A DNA stretch of 64,000 nt. It comes from an uncultured virus (IMG/VR IMGVR_UViG_3300009152_000029). Its lineage: Duplodnaviria > Heunggongvirae > Uroviricota > Caudoviricetes. Position numbers and translations under genes: made by a program. The stretch lies in IMG/VR virus record IMGVR_UViG_3300009152_000029. One strand, written 5' to 3'. The first letter of the stretch is position 1, and each line of letters starts with the position of its first letter. The notes below the pieces were generated by a model that made no database searches, was not told the DNA's origin, and saw nothing but the letters and a program-made list of their open reading frames with translations. Shown here in pieces: positions 1 through 10,300 of the stretch.

Positions 1-1
1 A

Positions 2-1351
2 TTTACTGATAATAAAATAAAACAAAATATCAAGAAAATTAGACAGATAAAAAATATTGATAATTTTAATGAGTTTAGTGAAAACTTCTCTATCTTAAAT
101 CAAAATAAGTTAGATAACCAAAATGTATTTAAGATTTCAAATAACTCACAAGTTAATAAATTTATAGAGTTATTGCAAAATACTAAGCTTGATGCAAGAA
201 CTTTTACAGAGCTAAAAAAATTAGAAGAAAAAAATATTACATCTGTTCTTAATGTAATAAATTCTATATCTCCATTGACAGTTAATAAATATAATAATTT
301 AGAACAAGTTGAAAAAGTTATTCAAAGCATAAATAACTTAGGAGTAACAAATTTTCAAAATGTAATAAACAAAACATCAAATATCAAAAACCTTTCAGAA
401 ATTTCAAATATCAATTTAACTAAAAATGATATTTTAAATGTTGTTAAACTTGAAAGACAGATCAAGACATATTCAGAAAAAGTCAAAATTCAAGAAACTT
501 TAAAAACACTTGACTTTGTTGAATCCATATCAAAAGTAGCACCTATCACTAGAATTAATAATTCATACAGTGAAATAAAAAAAGTATCTGAATTTTTCGA
601 AAATATAAACCTTATTAAAAATGAAAAAAACTTGAACTTTGTCAACAGATATAGTTTTGACTCAAACAAGAAAAACATTACAAATTTATTTTCTGAATTA
701 AATATAACTTCTTTAATAAAATCTGAGAAGAAGACTGAAAAAACTTTCTCATCCATAAATAAACAAATAGATAGACTTTACAAAATGAGTGAAAGAGTTG
801 ATAGTAAAGCATCTAAAGCTGAGCAATCTTTCTTTGACTTAGTGAATTTTAGCGACTATTCTGGAACGAAAAAAACAAGCACTAAAAAAGAAATTAAAAA
901 TTTCTTTCAAACTTTAAATTTAGTCAAAGTAAACAATGAACAAATTAAGCAAAAAATAAAACTTACTAAAAATACTGACACATACAGAATTACACAAAAT
1001 AATGAAAGAGTAAAAATAGATATCCACAAACAAAAAAATCAAAACTACTACAAAGTTGAGAACATTAGTAAGTTTGAGAAAAAATCATATTATCAAGAAA
1101 AACAGGAAAAGGAAGCTCAGGAAAAAGTAATAGAAAATAAGGTTGAAGAATTACTTGTAAAAAAGATTCAAAATGTCACTAATAACATAACAAACAATGT
1201 TATTACAAAACAAGAAATAAACAATATTAAACAAGAAATTATCCGTGAAATTTTCAAGGTAGAAGAAAAATACGATCAGAAAATTTTAGCAATCAAACAA
1301 GAGACTAGACAAACAGTACAAAATATGTTAAGTCAATTCCTTAAGAGTTAA
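2..1351 (+). CDS. 5'-truncated Asn/Lys/Ile-rich low-complexity, probably helical protein of unknown function
   Basis: Frame is open from position 2, so the TTG start at 173 is probably an edge artefact. Very A-rich, with degenerate repeats (SPLTVNKYNNLEQVEKV / APITRINNSYSEIKKV) and a coiled-coil-like C-terminus. Ends 3 nt before the next ATG. Confidence 0.75.
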   Translation, partial: FTDNKIKQNIKKIRQIKNIDNFNEFSENFSILNQNKLDNQNVFKISNNSQVNKFIELLQNTKLDARTFTELKKLEEKNITSVLNVINSISPLTVNKYNNLEQVEKVIQSINNLGVTNFQNVINKTSNIKNLSEISNINLTKNDILNVVKLERQIKTYSEKVKIQETLKTLDFVESISKVAPITRINNSYSEIKKVSEFFENINLIKNEKNLNFVNRYSFDSNKKNITNLFSELNITSLIKSEKKTEKTFSSINKQIDRLYKMSERVDSKASKAEQSFFDLVNFSDYSGTKKTSTKKEIKNFFQTLNLVKVNNEQIKQKIKLTKNTDTYRITQNNERVKIDIHKQKNQNYYKVENISKFEKKSYYQEKQEKEAQEKVIENKVEELLVKKIQNVTNNITNNVITKQEINNIKQEIIREIFKVEEKYDQKILAIKQETRQTVQNMLSQFLKS

Positions 1352-1354
1352 GCT

Positions 1355-4300
1355 ATGGCCATTTATCGAACAAATAGATCAAGAACAACTAGTTTTATTG
1401 GCAAATTCAAGTTTAACTATGAAGTGCTTTTGGGCAATCCAATTAAGAATTTTTCATTTCCAATATTTGTAAAGTCGTATCCTACAAATGCTGAAGTTGT
1501 TTTTAGTTCTACTGATTGTAGTTTTGTTTGCAGGGTAGGAGAACCAAACTTAACAGTATCAAATACATTTGGAAGAGATACAGTTTTTTTGGAACCCGAA
1601 TATGTAGAAAGTTCCAAAAAATACAAAATTAAGCTAAATTTTCAATTTATAGCTGGAATCAGCCAAGGTCTAAATGCTGTAAATATTTCTGATAGTTTTG
1701 TTTTGGAATTAGTTGATTTTGATAAAAATGTAGCTACAAAAACTCTAAAATCTTTTTCAGGCTCTATTGAAGGCACAGTATATTTTGGTACACCACTTGA
1801 AGAATATGTTGGAATTGATGAATTTTTGCCATCTGAAATAAAAACAAAACCTTCAGCATCAGGTTGTGGTGATGATGAAATTGTTGTAATTAAAGATTTA
1901 AACAAAGACACTGTCAGACAGTTTCCTAGATACACAACATTAAATTGGTTTGAAATGATCAAGCCTAATACTTCAAGCAGAGTTGGAATTGAAATTACTG
2001 CAATTGATTCGAAAGGCAAAGTCAATAAGTTCAGTAGATTTCAAACACTTAACTTTACTTTAGCCAGAAGAATTTCATATAGTGCTGGAAAAAAAATCAC
2101 AGCCTATACTGCTAATTCAGGTAATAGTGGATATGTAAGCATTTATGGTACTACTCCTGATCTTAAATCAAATTCACAAGCAAAAACTTCTTTAGTAACA
2201 GTAGATACAGAAAACTTTTCTATAAAAGGTTACACAGATCCAAACTCAACGTATGTTAAGGAAATAAGAGGAAAAGCTGAAGCAAGAATAAATTTGATTA
2301 CGGACCCAACGAGGACAGTTACATTTGATGCAAATGTATATGATTGGAACAAAAATCACACAAATCCACTTAAAGCTTATTTAGTTGGTTTTGGTAGTAT
2401 TTATATCCCAAAGAGATACAAAACTATCACTTACAATCAAGCTCAATTCTTGACTGTTGAAACTAACAGCGGGAACATTAGTGCGTCTCAAGATTATCAA
2501 AGATATTCTGGTTTTTTAGATGCAATACAAGATTTACCTCAAGCCGAATCTGATTCAAAAAACCTTAGATTTGATAATACTCAAAGATGGATTTATGGAA
2601 TGATTGATGGTATTCATTCTAATGAAATTTTTGATGATTTGGAAAGTCCAACAGATAATATGGACTATCCTGATAAATATATTCGTGGCGCTGATGGTTG
2701 TGAAAATATTAATTTTTTAAATCAAGAACTTACAATTGGTGAAGATGAACTGCCGAGTGGGAGTGCATCTATTCCTATTCCCTTAAGAGGATGGAAGTTC
2801 AATGCAATGACCTTAAAACAGGATAAAGAATATATTATTCCTGGTGAAGGAAACACGAGAAATTATGTAGGTGATCAGGGTGAACCTCATTACTATGGTG
2901 ATCAAAATTTATCAGGTTATAGATATTTAAACCTTGAAGTTCGTTCGTTAAATAATGATTTGCAAAACAGTTTGATTAATATTACGGAAACGTCAAAAGG
3001 TTTTACAAAATCAAACAATAGTCAGACAGAAGATACTAAGTATTGGAAGATAAGATCAAGTACAAATAAATTTCAAAATATTATAGTTGATTTGTGCAAT
3101 CCTGATAATAAAAATGACAATGTTGATAATCAGGATTCACCATATCCTAGACTCAATGCATATACAACATCAAAACCTGTTAGTTTAAGCCCTCTTGGTT
3201 TATTGGCAGCTGAAAACAAACCGAAAGATAATTTTTTATTCACTGGGCCTATTGATGGAAGTGAATCTAACATTTGGATTACTGGTGAAATTAAAAAAAT
3301 AATTCAAGATTCAGGAGTCATTTATCTTACCGATCCCGTTTCTAAAAATGTAGATTATTTTGATGTAAATACTTCAGCTTTTCCAAAATCTGGTGTAGGA
3401 ACAAATTACATTTTTGGAAGACCCAGAATTGCTAACGGAAAAATAAAACTTGCTAAGCCATTTATTGCTGCTGATGGATACACATATGACGACACAGGAA
3501 AAAGAATTAATATCATTCCAGATTATTTCAAAGAGATTTATTTTTATAAAGTTCAAAATGATTTAACGAAAGACAATACTGTTGATGGTATTTTGCTCAA
3601 AGACAAAGATGGCAAATATCCCGAAGAATTTGAAATTTATGATTATAATCCAGGCTTTCCTGACATTACAGGTAATTTATCAAAAACAACTGGTCTTTTT
3701 GTAGATGGTAATCAAATTATCAAAGTTGAGCATAATGCTGTATTCTTGAACAATCCCTATGATTCAGTGGAGATCGAAAATTCTACGTTAAAAATTAAAA
3801 AAACATACAAAATAATTCAGTACGTAAATTCACAAGCAGAAGAAACTTCTTATTTTTCAATAGAAGTGCCAAATGATGCAAACTCAAATTTACAATTTCC
3901 AGTAGGCAGTTCAATAAAACTTACTTTTTCAAGGAGTGATGATAGATTTGCATCAATTGTCTTAAAATTTTCTTCTATTGATAAGGTAGAAGAAAATAAG
4001 TATAGAGGGAATATTGAATATTCTAAGCTTGATAAAAATTCAGAACCAAATTATGATGGCATACCTCCAACTATAAATGGTATAGAAACTGTATTCAACC
4101 CAAATGCTCCAATCATAACTGTTAAGGATCCAAGGCTGGTTGAATTTACGTTTCCAAAAAATACAATACTAAATACAAATATACTTTCAAAAGATCCATC
4201 AGAAAATGAAGTTAACGCAATTGATGACTATCCAGAAGATGAAGCTAGTAATGGACCTTATTATGGAGTGAGTAGAATTACTAAACTTCAAGTTGATAAT

Positions 4301-7300
4301 GATTTATTAGAACTTAAGAATGTTAAGCTTCAAAGAATAAATTCTCTTTCTAATTTTGTTTACTCTGGAAATAATAACACTTTCGAATCTAAAACAAAAT
4401 TTACAGTTTCTGAAAATGCAAATACGACTGAAATACCTACAGAAACTCAATATTTCACAAGAAGATTTTGGCAACAGAACACTGACAGCAGAGACGAGGA
4501 AGAAGGAGATATTGAATGGCAATTAACAAAGTCCTCAAGATTAAACAATTGGCAGTTATTTCCTAAATCAATTTCTGGACTTTGTGATGATATAAACAAA
4601 ATAGATGAATATGTAGCCCCGCAGTGGCTCAACGTTAATAATCCATCGTCTAAAGTAGTAAGACATCCTGGATGGTTAGCTCAAAAAATATTAAAGTCAT
4701 ATCCGACAGATCCAATTACTGGAGACAGGATTTACACAATAGACTTAGATCCTGAATATTTAAATTCTGACACTGGTTACGCAACTTGGGTTTATGGCGG
4801 TGGAATTTTAGCATTACCAAGCGGAAAAAATAGCGGTAGTGGTACCTCATATGTCAAAGCAATTGATATAAGCTTTAATGAACTCAAGACTCTTCTTGCG
4901 CAAACAATATTTCATAGAATAAATGGAAATTTTCCGCCAGGTTTACCTGATCTTTTCGGAAACACTTCGCTTAAAAATTCAGATGGCACTCAGCAAACTT
5001 CTGTATTGCATTTACGTGGTGGAATTATAGCTCGTGGACTAGCTAATGGATTAATTTTACCTCCGCAAAAGAGTACAGACGATAACATTAGAAAAGCTAA
5101 TTTGATTGAAACATCTACTGGAGCAGCGGCAGGTTCATCAGAATCTAATGATTTTGGCTTTTATCAAACAGAAACTCCATTTGGTAAAAATAAAATTGAT
5201 CACTTTATTCAGTTAGAGAAATCAAAACAATTTGCAAATCCAGAATCTTTCAAGAGTTCAACTAGAAACTTATCACAAGCAAAAAGAGAAAGAGCTTCAT
5301 TTAAGGGCGGAAAAGAATTAGCTACTGATATAACAGCTTGTGAATCAGGTTTTGAAAATTCTATTGTGATTGCTTACACTGTACCAACAACTAAAGAAAA
5401 AGATATAAAATATACATCTATCATTCAGACCGACTCATTTTACTCTGGAGTTTATGAAAATTATTGTGTTGGGTATCCTAATGTTCAAAGTGGGAATGGG
5501 GTTTCTTTACCAGGCGAATATCCCTTTTTACTTTCGTCAGAATTAATTAAAAATTCAAGAAATGTCCATACATTTTTACTGACAGAACATACAAGTTTAT
5601 TAAAATCTCAAAGCACAAATAATTATAATTCTCTGATTAGTTCAAACACTAATATGAGAAATAAGTTTTCTTGGTTCCCACACATATTTGGAGAATCAAA
5701 AAGTGATGCAAATTTTTCTACAAATTCTATAGCTTTCAATAAAATGAGATTTAATTCTTATGCTATATCAAATGAGTCTCCATTACTTGCTAACATTGGC
5801 TATGCAGATGATGGTTCTGTAATTTTTAGAACAATTCCACTTAATACAAGCGGAACTGTTGCTCCAGTTACTGACCAAAATATTCTAGTAGCTGGTAAAG
5901 CTCCAACATACATATCTGAATTTAGACTTCTAGACACACTAATGCTCGAAGGCATAGCTGCTCCTGTTCACCCTACTGTTTCAATTATAAACTCACAGGA
6001 GTATTTAGTTTCTTACGTTCTAAAAGAAAATTTGCGAATAATCAATGGTAAATTTATTTCTAATTACGAGCTTTCTGATAAATTTGAATTAATAAATCTT
6101 GATGATATTTCTGGCCAAACTTTATCGGAAGAAAGTAATATTTTTGGGTTGACATCAGTTTACGATAATCGCTTAAATGTTCAAAGAAACGTATTCTTTA
6201 GTAGTGGCTCAATAGTTTATTATGAAGTCCCTGTATCTTCGAGCAGTTTTGGCACTTCAGTAATTCCAAAATTACATTTGATAGCTGGTAATGTAAATTC
6301 TGACTTCGCAGTTAATTTGATTCAAAGAGAAAGTATGGTTACTTACTATGATTCAAACTCAGAACTTTCAAGTGTAGTTTCAAAACATAAACCTGCAATA
6401 ATAAGCTGCAAACATATGAATTACTCTAGTGATGTAATTGTTGTTTACGATACTGGTAATTGTAACCTAAGAGCTGTTAAATTCAACCCGTATTCTAACA
6501 CATTTGATAATATAACTGGAATAGCTTGTACATATGTTGATTACCCAATAGAATGCGTCTCTTCAGCTGACGTGACAACAGACACTAATAATATAAAACC
6601 TCAAGCTTTATTTACCGCAAATCCAACTTCTGGAATTACTGATTTATTTGTAGTTTTTTCTAATGATTCATTTGATTTTTCTGGAAGTGAATTAACTTAT
6701 GAATGGGACTTTGGTGATGGCACTAGTTCAATAGAAACAAATCCAACTCATACTTTTGTAAACTCTACAAATGTTGATAAAGAATTTACTGTCACATTGA
6801 TAGTTACAAACAGTAATGGAGTAAAGTCTAATCCAACAACTTTGAAAATTACAGTTTATCCAAAAGTAACTGACTTAAAACCCACAGCAAAGTTTAGCGC
6901 TAGTCCTACATCTGGACCAGCAACACTTAGTGTCCTTTTCACAAACCAATCTTTTCCCGTAAAAGATGGATCTGTAATAGCTACTTATGTTTGGGATTTT
7001 TTAGGAAATGGTCAGTTATCAAGTTTTTCAAATAATGATGACTTGATATACGATTACACAATTTCTGGTACTTATAAACCAACACTTTATGTTGAAGATA
7101 ATTTTAGTAGAAAGAGTGATTTATTTACAGGCCCTAACATTGTAGTATCATTAACACCAAAAGCAGATTTTTCTTGGAAACAAACATCTTTTGGTCCCGT
7201 ATTTAATGTAAAGTTCACTGATAAATCTACTCCAGCAAATATAGTTACGTCTTGGGCTTGGGATTTTGGTGATGGACAAACTTCATACTCTCAAAATCCA

Positions 7301-10300
7301 GAACATTTTTATGATTTACCAGGTGTATACGATGTTAAACTTACGGTTACTAATAGTTCTAATGATACTAATTCTATAAATTATAGTGTATCTGTGTCAG
7401 GTCAAGGAAATAATAATCCAATAGCAAACTTTTCATATTCACAAGTTGATAAAACATATACTGTTAATTTTCTTGATACGTCAGAAGGACAAATAGTAAA
7501 TTGGAAGTGGTTATTTGATGCTAATAATTTGTCATTGACTTCTAATATTCAAAACCCAGTGTTCAATTACTCCACATTTGGTAGTTACACAGTTTCACTT
7601 GAAGTTACAGATAGTTTCGGAAATACAGATATTGAAGTCAAGACCATTACTGTATCTGAAATAACCAACCAACCTCCAGTAATAAACCTTATTAATGCAA
7701 CCCAAACAAGTTTTGAACCAATTATTGTAAAGTTCACAGAAGAATCCTCAGATATTGATGGATATATTATTAAATGGGAATGGAATTTTGGAGATGGTTC
7801 TGATATTTATTCAACCACATCATCCCTAAGCAAAAATCCAACCCATCAGTATGTTTCGCCTGGAGTTTATGATGTAACTTTGACAGTGACAGATAACGGA
7901 CTTTTTGATGGAACAAATAAGAAATCTTCACAGAAATCTTTACAGATAGAAGTTTTTGCTCCTCCAGCTAACAAACCTCCACAAGCTTCTTTTACTGTTG
8001 ATAATAATAACAATTTTGCTCCGCTTGCAGTAAATTTCACTGATACATCTACAGATACAGATGGATTTATTGTAAAGTGGCTTTGGGAACTTGAAAATAA
8101 TTCTTTCGTAGAATTTAACTTGCAAAATTACAGAAAAACAATAAGTTATGTTTTTACAAAATCTGGATTATATACAGTAAAGCTTACGGTTACTGACAAT
8201 AATGGCTTAAGCAACACTGCTACTTTTGATATTATTGTTAATAATTCTTTGCCTAATTCTATATTTACAATTTCTCCTAATCCAATAAATTCTAAAGAAT
8301 CAGCAAATTTTGATGGATCAAAATCTTTTGATTCTGACGGTACTATAGTAAGTTACAATTGGGATTTCGGTGATACTGTAAGACAAGATAATGCATCTCC
8401 TAATGTAAGTCATATTTATAATAGGCCTGGTTTATATACAATTTCACTTGAAGTCATAGATAATTTTGGTGCTAGTAACATTAGCCAAAAAACACTAACA
8501 GTAAATAATAGAAAACCAACTGCAAGAATTTCATACACTTCATTAATTGTAAAGGCACCAGGTTCCTTATTATTCTCTGGACAAAATTCTTTTGATGAAG
8601 ACGGAAATATAGTATCTTATGCTTGGGTTGTAAGTAATGGGCAAGTATCAAGTTTACAGAATCCAACATTTCAATTTACGTCAGAAGGTTCATATACTGT
8701 AACTTTGACTGTTACTGATGATTTTGGTGATAGTAATTCAACACAGGTTGTAGTCAATGTTAGTCCTGCAGACAATATTTTACCAAATGCTATTTTATTG
8801 GTTGATAAAAACACTGGCTTAGTAAATGATTTGTTTAATTTTGATGTTGCAAGTTCAAAAGATCCAGATGGGTTTATCACTTTTTACGAAATAGATTTTG
8901 GAGATGGAAATACAACTTCATTTGTGAATCCAGCAAACATATCTCATATTTACAAAAGTGTTGGTATTTATAATGCAAGTTTGGTAGTCACTGATAATAG
9001 AAATGGAAGAAGTTTACCAAGTAATCAGCAAATCACAATTATAAATCAACCTCCAAGCGCAAATTTTTCATTCAACCCTACAAATCCACAAACATTACAA
9101 ACAATTAATTTTATAGATTCATCTACTGATCCAGAAAATGATTTAGTAAGATGGGAGTGGAATTTTGGAGATCAAAATAGTTTTGTAACTTCTGATGCTA
9201 ACAAAAAATCTCCACAACACCAGTATGCTTTCGGCAATAAAACTTATTCAGTTACATTGACAGTTTATGATAAATTCAATTTATCAAATTCCATTACAAA
9301 AAACATTTTTGTCAGCAACAGAATACCTGTGGCAGTTATTTCTACAAATCCGACAGACGTAAATAAAGTAATTACAGGATTTGCTCCATTCACAGTCATT
9401 TTCGATTCACTAGCGTTTGATTTAGATGGAAGTATATCTGATTATGAGTGGACAATATCTGGTTTGCAAATTACCCCAATAACTACAAAATCTTTCATTT
9501 ACACGTTTAATACGCCAAGATTTGTACCATACACAGTTTCTCATAGAGTAAGGGATAATGATGGTTTTTGGAGCAATACTGTAACTGTTGCTGTCAAGGT
9601 AAATCCTCCTAATCAGCCTCCAGTTGCTCGAATAACAGCTAACCCTGTGTCAAATACAAGTTTTGCACCATTAGATGTTACTTTTTCAGGAGCAGGCAGT
9701 TATGATCCTGACAATATAGGTGGTCCATTAGCTTATTACTGGGATTTTGGTAATGGACAGACTTCTTTTGAACAAATTGCTGTAACAAGATACACACAGC
9801 CTGGTACTTACAATGTTTCACTAAAAGTCATAGACAATCAAGATGGATCAAGCACTGAAACATTAAGTTATATAGTTAGAAACAATCAGCCAATTGCAGT
9901 CTTGAATACAGTACCTCCAGGTATTACACAAGTTGAAATTAATACAAGCGTCACATTTACATCGGATGGTAGTAACGATTCTGATATTAATCAATTCATA
10001 AGTGGTTACAAATGGTTAGTGGATGGAATTAATCAAAATTTAAACACACCAGAAATTTCTTTTATTTTCACAAGTACAGGCAATCATACTGTGACATTAA
10101 GTGTGTTTGACAATTTTGGATTAGAAAGTATTCCAGTAAATAAAACAATATTTGTTGTTAGAACTCCTCCACCTCCACCACCAAATAAAAACCCTATTGC
10201 TGTGATAAGCAATGAGCCAGAATTATCAGGTAATATTGAGCTTAAAGTAGGAGATACTTATACGTTTGATGGCTTACTTTCTTATGATCCAGAAGACTTA

